Virus record (IMG/VR): IMGVR_UViG_3300045988_090463
Location: 1-64,000 of that record
DNA length: 64,000 bases
Direction: 5' to 3' (one strand)
From: a virus
Within the stretch, counting starts at the first letter, position 1; each line of letters begins with the position of its first letter. The translations under genes were made by a program, and so were the position numbers. A model generated the notes under the pieces. It saw only the letters and a program-made list of their open reading frames with translations. It did no database searches and was not told where the DNA came from. This document shows positions 37,735 to 47,599 of the stretch, piece by piece.

Positions 37735-38117
37735 TCTTCTGCACCTATCTTTTTAATTCCATATCTAGCCAGATTTCCTCTTTGCGTATCAAGAATTTTC
37801 TTCAAACGGTAATCTGGCGGTGTTGTAGGAATACCATCTTCCAGAACCAGATTTCCCAATGTGTCAACCTGTGGCACGGTATCAATCCAAAATACATCTC
37901 CCTCTTGCGGATGAAAAGAACGGTTAAAGGAAGTAATGTATCTGTCGTAATCCGGCACGATTCCTGCCGATATTTCCTCTGGTGTTCCTGCGGTAGATGA
38001 TACAGAAAACTTAAAGCTTTGCGGTTGACTGTATGTCGGTACGGTATCTATTCCCTCAAGTGTTTCGGTTACTCTTGACCAGTACACGGTCTGTTTCTGT
38101 CTTTTTAATCCTCTCAT
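37731..38117 (-). CDS. head closure / head-tail adaptor protein
   Basis: Start ATG 38117 behind GGAGAA. Called by position. Confidence 0.4.
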   Translation of the reverse strand: MRGLKRQKQTVYWSRVTETLEGIDTVPTYSQPQSFKFSVSSTAGTPEEISAGIVPDYDRYITSFNRSFHPQEGDVFWIDTVPQVDTLGNLVLEDGIPTTPPDYRLKKILDTQRGNLARYGIKKIGAEE

Positions 38118-38266
38118 AATACTTTCTCCAATGCAAAAAAAGGAGAACATTTCTGCTCTCTCCTAAATGGTTGATTGTTTATTTTATTTCAGTTTCGCTC
38201 TGCATTTCTTCAGATTTATCCATATCAGAATCTGCATTGTGGTTCGCTACATTTAGCCCTCTTTAG

Positions 38267-40120
38267 TTAATACCAATATCCTAACGCCTTGCCTTTGTCA
38301 TAGACAGCTTTTGCTACTATTTGATAGTACCAGTAATTCCCATGAACAGAATCACTTCTTAAGCAAGATGGAATAGTGCCTTTTTCAATAAGTGCCTTAT
38401 CATCTTCCGAAGGGGTGATGTTTGCACCGATGCTGTTTGCGTAAGCAATTCCATTTTTACAGATATAATCTCTTATATTCAAATAATTAGCACCAAATTC
38501 AGCATAAAATTCTTGTTCTCTGACAGCATTTCCACTTGATGTTCCTGTTGGTAACGATATCACAATATGTTTTTCATTACACATAGATTTTGCTCTATCT
38601 TTTGCACTTCCTTGCGTGATGTATTTACCATCATGCAATGGTGCATCATTCTGCCCCATCCAAATGATTTTGATAGCATTATCAAACTCTTTGTAGGCAT
38701 TAGTTATGATTGGAGTTCTACAAACAAGAGTTTTTTCTTCTCCATTTTCTTTTCGTGTAAAGTAATAAGCAAATGTAGAACCTTGCACTGTTTCTCCTGT
38801 ATCGGGGTCTGACTGTCCACTTGAAATTAAGGTTCTTGTAATTTTTCCTTCGATGCCGCCAATAGATACAGGATTTACTCCACTATGGACATCATCAACT
38901 GCAATGTTGTAAGAAAGGTTATCTTTGAGATAAGTCCATGCGTTTACAGTATTATCCCAAAAATAATCCTGTTCCTGTCCATGTAAGTAAATCCTTACTG
39001 CTGTAATCTCCGCTGGAATTGTAAATGGTTCTGCACAAATTTCATTGTGCCCGCTTCTAGCGGAAATCATCCAAGATGGTTCACCGCCAACACCTAAATT
39101 GATAACCGGTTTGTTTAACATTCTGCTTAATATACTCGGGTATGAAGTGTCTTTATTTACATCACTACTCGGTTTTCCTCTGTCACTTCCAGTACCTTGT
39201 GTTAGTGAATCACCCCAACACACAATTTTTTCTTCTTTAAGATTTTCCTCTGATTGCAAATAAAGTATTTCAATACTATTATCAGATATAATATTTATAC
39301 CATCAAAATTATTTAATAGACCACCAACACCGTGTTGAACATCACCAACGAACGAACTATAGCCAGTAGATATATTTTCTTTATTTACGAAGATGTTATA
39401 CCACTCTATTGCAGAATCTATTAATACAGTACCGTTTAAATTTGCATAAAACATAAATACTAAATAGGTGTCTGAATTTAAAATGAGCTTTGTCACCGAG
39501 CTTTGTTTATCCATCGAAAGCTGAATACTTGAATATTGATTGTGCGTTATATTACCATCCTTATCGCATAAAGATATATAAATAAATCCTATGTTTCCTG
39601 TTGCAGATCCGCTTAATAGTTTAAATGAAGAACCACACATATACGTCCCGGCCTTTAAAAATATAGGTTTAGACGTTATTTGTTTAAACTTTTCACCTGC
39701 TTTCACGGTAGCACTTAATTTATCTTTCACAGCAGTTATATTTGATAATGATGCTGAAAAACCTTGTATGCCAACATCTGCGATACAAGGAAACATATTT
39801 TTATAATAAGACATGACACGACTGTCTGTTTCGCTGTTCCATTTTATTTTAGATAATGGTTTCAAATTATTAAAATCAGAGCCATTGTTCCTGTATAATG
39901 TACTGAATGAACCAACAAAGTCGTTTAATTCACCTATGTCTTCCTTTAGTGAATCAGTTTCTGTCTTTACTTCCTTAAATTTGTCCCCTACTACTTTGGA
40001 GTCGGCAAATGCTCCCTCGACGCTCAAAGTTTTATCTGCGATAGGCTTGTCTGCTAAGCCTGGATACCCAATTGGAATATCTCCGTTTTGAGTATGGATT
40101 TTTAAAATTGATCCTGCCAT
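38267..40120 (-). CDS. SGNH/GDSL esterase fused to an N-terminal fibre-like domain
   Basis: Block I VCWGDSLTQG, block III IWMGQNDA, block V DSVHGN. 617 aa. Confidence 0.75.
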   Translation of the reverse strand: MAGSILKIHTQNGDIPIGYPGLADKPIADKTLSVEGAFADSKVVGDKFKEVKTETDSLKEDIGELNDFVGSFSTLYRNNGSDFNNLKPLSKIKWNSETDSRVMSYYKNMFPCIADVGIQGFSASLSNITAVKDKLSATVKAGEKFKQITSKPIFLKAGTYMCGSSFKLLSGSATGNIGFIYISLCDKDGNITHNQYSSIQLSMDKQSSVTKLILNSDTYLVFMFYANLNGTVLIDSAIEWYNIFVNKENISTGYSSFVGDVQHGVGGLLNNFDGINIISDNSIEILYLQSEENLKEEKIVCWGDSLTQGTGSDRGKPSSDVNKDTSYPSILSRMLNKPVINLGVGGEPSWMISARSGHNEICAEPFTIPAEITAVRIYLHGQEQDYFWDNTVNAWTYLKDNLSYNIAVDDVHSGVNPVSIGGIEGKITRTLISSGQSDPDTGETVQGSTFAYYFTRKENGEEKTLVCRTPIITNAYKEFDNAIKIIWMGQNDAPLHDGKYITQGSAKDRAKSMCNEKHIVISLPTGTSSGNAVREQEFYAEFGANYLNIRDYICKNGIAYANSIGANITPSEDDKALIEKGTIPSCLRSDSVHGNYWYYQIVAKAVYDKGKALGYWY

Positions 40121-40130
40121 GAACTACCTC

Positions 40131-40463
40131 CTAAAAAATAAGTACACCATCATCATTTACAGTTGGCAAAATAGGGTTTTCATTCAAATAATCAGATATA
40201 ATTTCTTTTACCTGTTCTTCCGTGATGTCACCGATTGACCCAAGTGAATCCCATGAGGTTCCATTCCACACAACATTCATTCCTGCGCCACCGTAAATTG
40301 ATTTTTGCTCAATATTGTACATATCGCCAACAGACGGACTCAAAGGAAGTAGATCGGATGTCACTACACTGCCTTTGTATAGAATTGGATATTTTAACTT
40401 ATTTTCCATATTGCTTACTTTACTAAGCAAAAGTGCGTATACTTTTTTTGCTGTTAATGCCAT
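40131..40463 (-). CDS. hypothetical virion-associated protein
   Basis: GDMYNI...VWNGTSWDSLG motif, common in fibre-associated proteins. Confidence 0.4.
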   Translation of the reverse strand: MALTAKKVYALLLSKVSNMENKLKYPILYKGSVVTSDLLPLSPSVGDMYNIEQKSIYGGAGMNVVWNGTSWDSLGSIGDITEEQVKEIISDYLNENPILPTVNDDGVLIF

Positions 40464-40467
40464 GTAA

Positions 40468-40716
40468 TCAGCCTCCTAATTTGTACCATGTATCAGTTGG
40501 TTTGTGATATTCGTATAATTCGGACGTATCAAGACATAATGCTGATGAACCGCTTTGTACGTAATGTGGAAGTTTCGCCACGTCCTTTGACAGCCCTTCA
40601 TAATCACGAACCATACCTCTTGCATCCGTACACACCCAACTGCCTAAATCCGGCAACTCGTCGCCAGGATTATACTTGATGCCGTCGAAAATAACTGTGT
40701 TTTCTGCTTTTGCCAT
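40468..40716 (-). CDS. hypothetical protein
   Basis: 82-aa ORF, tightly packed. Confidence 0.5.
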   Translation of the reverse strand: MAKAENTVIFDGIKYNPGDELPDLGSWVCTDARGMVRDYEGLSKDVAKLPHYVQSGSSALCLDTSELYEYHKPTDTWYKLGG

Positions 40717-41103
40717 CTATGCAATCATCCTTTCTGCCCCAACAGGAGCTACATAAGTGAATTTGTTCCCTAATATATCTCTGGCTGTACCAATGACAAA
40801 TTGTCCGTAGTCTGCCAGAATATTGCACACAAATTCCTCTGCATCCACCCAGTATTGCTTCTTGACCATGTGGTGAAGTTCTGGTAACAGACCGTAGCTG
40901 AACATCACGCAATGCCCTAATTCATGGATAAACACACGGTTCAGAAGTTCCCCATATAGATTATTTGCAATCGAAATTGTCATTGTGGAATAATCCGATA
41001 CCGCAAGTGTTCTCTGCCCTGTACGGTCAATCAGAACATCATCATGGGGAGAAACAAAGTGAACTTTCCATAAGTCCCCATTCATGTAAAATTGTCTTAG
41101 CAT
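40717..41103 (-). CDS. small HExxH zinc metalloprotease
   Basis: FIHELGHCV motif. 128 aa. Confidence 0.65.
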   Translation of the reverse strand: MLRQFYMNGDLWKVHFVSPHDDVLIDRTGQRTLAVSDYSTMTISIANNLYGELLNRVFIHELGHCVMFSYGLLPELHHMVKKQYWVDAEEFVCNILADYGQFVIGTARDILGNKFTYVAPVGAERMIA

Positions 41104-41181
41104 GGTTTATCACCATCCTTTTCTCAAATAAAAAGTCCCTGTCACATTTCTGTAACAAGGACTAAATTTAATTCTTATTTG

Positions 41182-41808
41182 TTAATTCATCTGCTGTATC
41201 AGACGAGTTAAGTCAGTTTTCATCGACTGCCTGAGTGTTGCGTCTGCATCTGACCACATCTCTGTAAGATTACGGATAATGTCAGATGTATACTCTTTCA
41301 TGGAATCATCCATTTTTCTCTTAGATTCTGTATCATTGGAATCATGGTAATGCCTGCGATTCTCACTGTATCTGTCATAGCTTTCGCCATATCTGGACTG
41401 CTTATGGTTCATTCCATCCATTCTCATATCACTACGATCTGGATGATAACCCATGCGGTACATATTACGTTCAAACTCTGGATTGTTCAGATACTCTTCC
41501 ATCCAGTCATCATCTTCCATGTACAAATATGGTTTATATCCCATACGACTTCCTTTGCCTTTCGGGGCAAATCTTCCATTGGAATAACGATACCTGTCAT
41601 ATCCCATGCGTCCAAGATACTTTTCTTCCTGTTCACATTCGTCCATAGCTTCTACGATTCTGTAATCCTTATCTGCACAAATCGCACACTTTACGGATTC
41701 CATGCAGTCTTTCAAATCGTCCCAGTCTTGAGCGCTGAGATTATCAAAGCCATGTGTTTTGGCTTTTTCCATAGCCCATTTTCCCATTTCCATTGCAACT
41801 TTATGCAT
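41182..41808 (-). CDS. hypothetical protein with RMGY repeats
   Basis: GRMGYDRY, SRMGYKPY and YRMGYHPD repeats. Asp/His/Met-rich. Confidence 0.55.
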   Translation of the reverse strand: MHKVAMEMGKWAMEKAKTHGFDNLSAQDWDDLKDCMESVKCAICADKDYRIVEAMDECEQEEKYLGRMGYDRYRYSNGRFAPKGKGSRMGYKPYLYMEDDDWMEEYLNNPEFERNMYRMGYHPDRSDMRMDGMNHKQSRYGESYDRYSENRRHYHDSNDTESKRKMDDSMKEYTSDIIRNLTEMWSDADATLRQSMKTDLTRLIQQMN

Positions 41809-42233
41809 TACAGTGCCCCCTTTCTAACAGCCTGTGTAACAGGTGCTTCTGTCGTTGGGGCTGTACCATTAATTGCTGTCAAATTGTTGCTCGGACTACA
41901 AGCCGGATTTCCTAACATCTTGAATACTCCGCCAGTTGCACTTGTAGCTACTCTGGTTGCGTACTTCGTTCTGGTTCTTATTCCACAAGCCGTAATCTGT
42001 GCACAGCAACGATTCTCTAGCGGATACAAAGTTGTTCCTGTTCCTATCTGAATCATTACCGGAGCAGTAATTGTAGTGGCTTCTGGTATACTTTGTGCAA
42101 CAACAATACAATATTTCTCTCCATTGTTGTAACTGCCTGCTGGGAGTGTGATTACAAGATTACCTCCTGTAAACGCAACAGCTTGGCTTATTACAAGACG
42201 GTTGCAGAGCTTACAAACATTTTTACAACTCAT
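41808..42233 (-). CDS. Cys-rich beta-type hypothetical protein
   Basis: Start ATG 42233 behind GAGAGG. CKNVCKLC ... CCAQITAC. Confidence 0.55.
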   Translation of the reverse strand: MSCKNVCKLCNRLVISQAVAFTGGNLVITLPAGSYNNGEKYCIVVAQSIPEATTITAPVMIQIGTGTTLYPLENRCCAQITACGIRTRTKYATRVATSATGGVFKMLGNPACSPSNNLTAINGTAPTTEAPVTQAVRKGAL

Positions 42234-42311
42234 ATTTCTACCTCTCAATCAAAATAAGAGGTGAGCCGTAACCCACCTCTTAGAATTAGTCAACCTCTAA
42301 GGGTGAGTTAC

Positions 42312-43121
42312 TTAGCAACAACCGTTGCCATATGTATTACATCCTGCGTATGCATATGGAGCTGGAACCTGGAATGCAGGAATCGGAGCCGGGTTGATTG
42401 CATTGATTAATCTCTGAGCCTGTGCGTACATCTCTGTTGTAAGCAATGCGGACTGACGATCCTGAGATGCAGCACGTTTCAGATCAGAGTTCTCTGCCTG
42501 TAATGTTGCAATCTTATCGTTAGTCAGGAAGTCAAGGATTGCTCTTGTGTTGCTGTTCTGGTTTTCCAGAAGGTCTCTGGTGTTGTTGTTCATTGTGTTC
42601 TGGAGAGCACAAGTGTTGGTAGCAAGGTTGTAGTTGATACCCTGTATAGCTTCTCTTGTTTCACAGCAACAGTTTGCTAACTGAGACTGTAATGCGTTGG
42701 TATTCTGCATACCGGCTACAGTATCAGCATTGATAGCCTGCTGAACGCCGTTGAAGCCTTGAAGCATTCCGACATTCATGCCATTAAAGCCACTCTGCAT
42801 GGTATTGTTAAGAGAATATGTGCTGTCACAGATACCCTGCTGAATACCTCTGATACCATTCTGAATATCATTAAGGGCGAATTCCTCATTAATATCTGAA
42901 CGGGTAGCCCATCCTTGGAAGCCGGCACCGTTCGCACCGTTTCCACCATTGCCACCGAAGCCGCCGCCCCAGCCGCCAAAACCTCCCCATCCAAAGATAG
43001 CAAAGATCAAGACAAGCCAGATAAGTGAAAAGCCATCACCGCCCCACATATCATTGGCGCGATTATTAGAGCCTGTAGCGGCAGCAATGTCGCTAAGACT
43101 GTAATTAGAACCATTCATCAT
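42312..43121 (-). CDS. Gly/Trp-rich membrane protein with Asn/Gln-rich repeats and Cys-rich tail
   Basis: IWLVLIFAIFGWGGFGGWGGGFGGNGG (YjcZ-like), CCCE, and C-terminal GCNTYGNGCC. Confidence 0.6.
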   Translation of the reverse strand: MMNGSNYSLSDIAAATGSNNRANDMWGGDGFSLIWLVLIFAIFGWGGFGGWGGGFGGNGGNGANGAGFQGWATRSDINEEFALNDIQNGIRGIQQGICDSTYSLNNTMQSGFNGMNVGMLQGFNGVQQAINADTVAGMQNTNALQSQLANCCCETREAIQGINYNLATNTCALQNTMNNNTRDLLENQNSNTRAILDFLTNDKIATLQAENSDLKRAASQDRQSALLTTEMYAQAQRLINAINPAPIPAFQVPAPYAYAGCNTYGNGCC

Positions 43122-43217
43122 GTTTTTAGTCTCCTTAAATATTATTTACAATAGGAGACATCCGCGGCTGTCGTCCCAAATTGTAGCGATTTTTAATCAC
43201 CCAATTATGGGGAAGTG

Positions 43218-43463
43218 TTATAATCCAAGGAATTTCTGGATAATTCCATCTGGAGATAAATGTTTTTCATTGAATACATTTTGTTGTATTTGATGTAGCT
43301 GGTCTGCATCACCTTTTTTATATAAATCCAAAGCATTTTTCAATGTTGGATTGTTTCCTGCAAATTTACTCATGTCGTTCATCATGTTGTCAACACTTCC
43401 GAACCTCTGAGAAATCATTTTCTCGAATTGCTTTTTCATCATAGCGTTTGGGCTGAAATTCAT
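43218..43463 (-). CDS. hypothetical protein
   Basis: 81-aa ORF. ATGA overlap with the upstream gene. Confidence 0.5.
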   Translation of the reverse strand: MNFSPNAMMKKQFEKMISQRFGSVDNMMNDMSKFAGNNPTLKNALDLYKKGDADQLHQIQQNVFNEKHLSPDGIIQKFLGL

Positions 43464-43966
43464 CTCTGCTTACCTCCGTTCTGCTGTTTTGCAGGCTCCG
43501 ATGTTCCCGATATAAATGTCGGAAACATGTCTTTGATTCCAGAAATTTCAGCACATACATCGTTTCGAAGCTGATTAATCATAGCAACTAGATCAACCTG
43601 CTTTGGTTCTTCCTGTTGCTGCTCTGCTTCTGGATTGACAAGTCGGTAAACAAAAATTTTGCTTCTTCCGTCTGCTTGTAATTGTTTTCTGTAGACTTCT
43701 GTACCATCTGTTTTTGGATAATAAACAGGATTTCCAGACATATCTACATCTTTTGCTTTTACAGTATCAATGCCATCAACCATCTGCCCTTGAAGCATCG
43801 GCATTTGCTGCATTTGTTGTACAGGCTGCTGCATCTGCATTTGTCCATATGGCATTGCCTGTTGATAGTTATTCTGTAATTGTGCCAACCTGTCTTGATA
43901 CGGCTGTATTTGTCCGTAAGGGTTGCTCATCATTGGCTGTTGCGGATAATACGGATAACCTGCCAT
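43460..43966 (-). CDS. Gln/Met/Pro-rich low-complexity protein
   Basis: Start ATG 43966 behind GGAGGA. PYGQMQMQQPVQQMQQMPMLQGQ. Confidence 0.55.
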   Translation of the reverse strand: MAGYPYYPQQPMMSNPYGQIQPYQDRLAQLQNNYQQAMPYGQMQMQQPVQQMQQMPMLQGQMVDGIDTVKAKDVDMSGNPVYYPKTDGTEVYRKQLQADGRSKIFVYRLVNPEAEQQQEEPKQVDLVAMINQLRNDVCAEISGIKDMFPTFISGTSEPAKQQNGGKQR

Positions 43967-44121
43967 AATCTGTTCCTCCTGTCCGGGATTCAAGAATCAT
44001 ATCCATATCATCTATAGAACGATGCTTTTCCCATATGCCCTCGTAAGGGTTTCTTAATATAATCATTACGTTTTCTCCTATGATTATATTATATAGGAAG
44101 GAACGCTGTATTTGAACGTCA

Positions 44122-44376
44122 CTATTTCGCCACATTTCCGCCATTATACAAAGAAAAGCCCCGAATATACATCGGGGCAACTTTGGCAATTTTTTGCTTT
44201 ATTTTTTTATTGATTCGGTCTATGGTTCTGGGACTGTATTCCATTAATTCAGATGCTTCCAATAATGTTTTTTCGTCATAAGCCCGTAATCGAAATAATT
44301 TTTCTTCGCGTGAATCAAAACCTGCTTCTTGCAAGTAAAATTTTCTTTCATCTTCTGAAAAATCTGCATAATTCAT
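44122..44376 (-). CDS. sigma-70 region-4-like HTH protein
   Basis: LLEASELMEYSPRTIDRINKKIKQKI. 84 aa. Confidence 0.5.
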   Translation of the reverse strand: MNYADFSEDERKFYLQEAGFDSREEKLFRLRAYDEKTLLEASELMEYSPRTIDRINKKIKQKIAKVAPMYIRGFSLYNGGNVAK

Positions 44377-44415
44377 ATAACTCCACCGTCCTCCCTTACA
44401 AGTGGAATCAATTTG

Positions 44416-44727
44416 TTACATAGGAAATACACCGCTCAACATAAATCCTACAACTGCTCCCACGACTGCCGTTATAATGCATACAATAATAGTGTCATAA
44501 CGTTTGCCAGGGACTGCCATGAGGATTTTTAAATTGTTGTTCATTTCATCGACTGTTTCTTTAATATGATCTAAGTCATTGCTATACAGGGCGGTCTTCT
44601 GTTCGAGCTTATTAATTCTTGAATAAAATTCTTTGTGCCTTTCAGACTGCTTTTCCTGCATATCATGAATACTTTTTTCAATTTCTTCGAAGCGGTGATT
44701 GTTAAAGCACTCATGTTCACATCCCAT
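44416..44727 (-). CDS. XhlA-like lysis-associated membrane protein
   Basis: Coiled coil followed by the C-terminal TM IIVCIITAVVGAVVGFML. Confidence 0.55.
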   Translation of the reverse strand: MGCEHECFNNHRFEEIEKSIHDMQEKQSERHKEFYSRINKLEQKTALYSNDLDHIKETVDEMNNNLKILMAVPGKRYDTIIVCIITAVVGAVVGFMLSGVFPM

Positions 44728-44838
44728 CGCTTTTCCTTTCTTTCACTCCCTATAAGATTTTTTGCTCTTTCCCTACTTTAATGAGCAACCCTGCAATGTA
44801 CCGGGAGGAAAAACACATTGCGTTCCATCCCATCTTTT

Positions 44839-45165
44839 TTAACTCAAACTTCCAGCAAAAGGAAAAACACCATGATTAATATAAATTTCGGTTTCAGATT
44901 CCCAACTTCTATTTACAGAAGATTCAGAATGTGATTCTTGGAACTCAGCCCCCTGCTTCACAAGAAAATAGAGGGCTAAATCAAATATGCAATCATAGCA
45001 TTTTTCCATGTCACTATCTATTTTTTCATTTGTATAACTTAAAGGATAGTTTCTCTTATTCTTGAACGAACGAATTGCCCGTTTTACGGCAAGAGAAATC
45101 ATTTCAGGTGGTTCTGTGTCATCGGTCAGATAGTTTGCCAAATCGTTTATAAGCTCTTCGTTCAT
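44839..45165 (-). CDS. head-tail connector (gp6-like)
   Basis: 108 aa. Position after the capsid gene and a helical pattern. Confidence 0.55.
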   Translation of the reverse strand: MNEELINDLANYLTDDTEPPEMISLAVKRAIRSFKNKRNYPLSYTNEKIDSDMEKCYDCIFDLALYFLVKQGAEFQESHSESSVNRSWESETEIYINHGVFPFAGSLS

Positions 45166-45175
45166 CCAAAATCAC

Positions 45176-45280
45176 CTACCCTTGCTGAACTAATATTTCA
45201 GAAATGATACCAGCCTTATTTGTTGAGGTCAGGGCATAGCCATTATCACTTGCAAGCTGTCTTAACTGTGGTACAGTCAT
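45176..45280 (-). CDS. HeH/SAP (Rho-N-like) domain ORF, start uncertain
   Basis: MTVPQLRQLASDNGYALTSTNKAGIISEIL. The same frame stays open upstream into the capsid gene end, with no start codon. Confidence 0.4.
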   Translation of the reverse strand: MTVPQLRQLASDNGYALTSTNKAGIISEILVQQG

Positions 45281-45378
45281 ATTAGACAGCTCACTTTCTG
45301 TGTATTTATGTGTTGGTTCTTTGACTTTAACACTTGCTACAGACGGTGATTGGCTGTTCTCATTGAGACTATGCCCGC

Positions 45379-46416
45379 TTATTCCCCCGCTTTGGTACCG
45401 ATTACGATACCGCCGTTAGCTTTTGGTGCAACAGGAACGAACATGCCGGATGCTTTTGTCCATACTGCAACTGGATCCTGTGTAGCCCACATGGAAAGTG
45501 TTACGAAAGAACGATTTTCTTCCTGAATGAACTGTCTGTATTCAAGTTCCTCTGGTGTAACACCCCAGAGTCCGGTACCGAAAGAACCATTTGCTTCGGA
45601 TTCGTACAGGGTAAATACATCTTCCTTGAAGTATCTGCCGGTTTTCAGCGTTCCATCTGCTTTTCTGTATCTGAATTTTTCATCACAGCGATCAATAGTA
45701 AAACCATATTCCTGCATGATGAGATTTACAAGTTCCTGCTTTGTCAGGAGTCGTTTGTTTGCTGCTCCCAGAACCGCTGTCTGCATAGCAGTGTTATTTC
45801 TCATGTAGTTAATCATCTTGAGGGATGTAAGTGCTTTGTTTACAACAAAACCGTTGTCCTCTGCGACTGCTACCATCTTCTGAATGTCGCCCATGATGTC
45901 CGCATCTGGTTTAGACCAGTCCGTAAGAGCGACCTTTGCACCAGTCGGTACGCCGTAATCAATATTCAGATCTACATTGTTCTCTTTGACTTTTACGGCA
46001 CCTGTAGAAAGGAACTGTCCTTTCATAACATTCGCTCTGGCAACAACACCTTCAAAAAGGTTAGCTGCATCATCAAATACAAAGTTTTTCAGTGCTTCAT
46101 TATCCGGCACACCGTTTTCAATTGCCTGCTGTAATCTTTCGGACTGATTGATTTTTCTCTTAATAAAGAGTTTTTCAGTCAGAACTTTTTCGAAGCCCGG
46201 TCTTGTTCCGATTTCTGCTTCAGTATCAAGCGCATGAACGAATGCCACTTCTGGCAGTCTCTGTCCAGCCATAAGTCTGTAGTATTCAGCTTTCAGGTAC
46301 TGAGTTTTAACATCTGGAAAAATGGTATCAAGGATACCAGGTCTTTTAACACTGAAATCCTGAGAGAAGTTAAGTCTTTCTTCCTGTGTAATTGATTCTA
46401 ATACATTAAATGGCAT
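45379..46416 (-). CDS. major capsid protein (lambda gpE-type)
   Basis: 345 aa, follows the scaffold and decoration genes. N-terminal pattern resembles capsid-E family proteins. Confidence 0.75.
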   Translation of the reverse strand: MPFNVLESITQEERLNFSQDFSVKRPGILDTIFPDVKTQYLKAEYYRLMAGQRLPEVAFVHALDTEAEIGTRPGFEKVLTEKLFIKRKINQSERLQQAIENGVPDNEALKNFVFDDAANLFEGVVARANVMKGQFLSTGAVKVKENNVDLNIDYGVPTGAKVALTDWSKPDADIMGDIQKMVAVAEDNGFVVNKALTSLKMINYMRNNTAMQTAVLGAANKRLLTKQELVNLIMQEYGFTIDRCDEKFRYRKADGTLKTGRYFKEDVFTLYESEANGSFGTGLWGVTPEELEYRQFIQEENRSFVTLSMWATQDPVAVWTKASGMFVPVAPKANGGIVIGTKAGE

Positions 46417-46429
46417 CTGTTATACCTCC

Positions 46430-46774
46430 TTAAAATTCTGGGTCTGTAGTGGTTACGAAAACAATTCCCGCTTTTTCAAGTTCTGCCTTTGCGGTAGTAT
46501 CGACTACTGCCGGAAGTCTCTTTTCAAGAACACGTCCTGCAACAATTACGGAAATTGGTCTCTTTACATCGTCTGTCATATCAACCTCTTCAAATACGAT
46601 TCCTTTTGCACCGGTTGCATTTGTCGGATATACAGAACCTGCTTTGATGATCTTCTTAGTTCCAACGGTTTCAGCATTTGTCTGTTCTGCTGTATAGGTT
46701 TTAAGTACCAGTCCTACCTCGGATTCGAGGATATTAGGTGTGGATTCGTACTGCTCTGTTTTCATAAAAGCCAT
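46430..46774 (-). CDS. head decoration protein
   Basis: 114 aa, immediately upstream of the capsid gene. Confidence 0.55.
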   Translation of the reverse strand: MAFMKTEQYESTPNILESEVGLVLKTYTAEQTNAETVGTKKIIKAGSVYPTNATGAKGIVFEEVDMTDDVKRPISVIVAGRVLEKRLPAVVDTTAKAELEKAGIVFVTTTDPEF

Positions 46775-46797
46775 AATCTAAATCTCCTTTACTTGAA

Positions 46798-47439
46798 TTA
46801 AATATTTACCGGTGCGTTATCGTCCGCCGGTTTGATTTCTGGGTTCATTCTTGCTGAGTACGCTTTTGCATATTCAGATGCATCACTTTTCTTTGTCTCG
46901 TTACTGTCGCCAGCTCCACCACCCGGATTAGGCGTGTTTTCAAGGGCTTCTTTTTCCCATGCAGCTTTTGCAGTATCGAGAGTTGTTTTATTTACTTCGG
47001 AAATTCCATCAACAAAAGTCTGTGCTTCTTTGAGTGCATCTTCTTCATTCATATTGGAAAATGCTTTGATTGCTCCTGCGTAGGCATCACCTTGCATTCC
47101 TGCATTAGCAAAAATGGAAGTGATTTTTCCTGTCAGTGCTTCTCTCTGGGAAGTTGCAAGTGCGGATTCAAGGTCAGAAATTCTTTTCTCGTTTGCAGCT
47201 TTTTCTTTCTGACGTTCAAGTTCTGCTTTTTCTGCATCAGTCATGTTTTGCTGTTTCAGCTCATCAAGTTCTTTTTGCAGTGCTTCTGCCTTATCAGCTT
47301 TTTCTTTAAGGGAAGTGTTTTTGTCTTTTTCCTTTTTTACTTCTCCTGTGACGGAATCAAGATATTTGGTCACCTGTTCATCAGATGGTTCCTCAATTCC
47401 CATACCGATAAGTACTTGTTTTGCCTGTTCTCTTGTCAT
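46798..47439 (-). CDS. scaffolding protein
   Basis: Start ATG 47439 behind AAAGGAG. Lys/Glu/Ala-rich coiled coil. Confidence 0.65.
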   Translation of the reverse strand: MTREQAKQVLIGMGIEEPSDEQVTKYLDSVTGEVKKEKDKNTSLKEKADKAEALQKELDELKQQNMTDAEKAELERQKEKAANEKRISDLESALATSQREALTGKITSIFANAGMQGDAYAGAIKAFSNMNEEDALKEAQTFVDGISEVNKTTLDTAKAAWEKEALENTPNPGGGAGDSNETKKSDASEYAKAYSARMNPEIKPADDNAPVNI

Positions 47440-47545
47440 GAAATCTCCTTTCTTCCAGACCAACACACTTTGTTCACACGGTTCGCTCCGCACATGATCT
47501 GTGCCCGATTTGCGCTCACGGGCTGTTGCAATATTTTTGAGTATT

Positions 47546-47577
47546 AAAAAAGGAATCTCAGTTTTCCAAGATTCCTT
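47546..47577 (-). terminator. intrinsic terminator after the portal gene
   Basis: AAGGAATCT..AGATTCCTT stem followed by TTTTT on the - strand. Confidence 0.65.
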
Positions 47578-47599
47578 AAATAATTAATGTAAAAATCGT

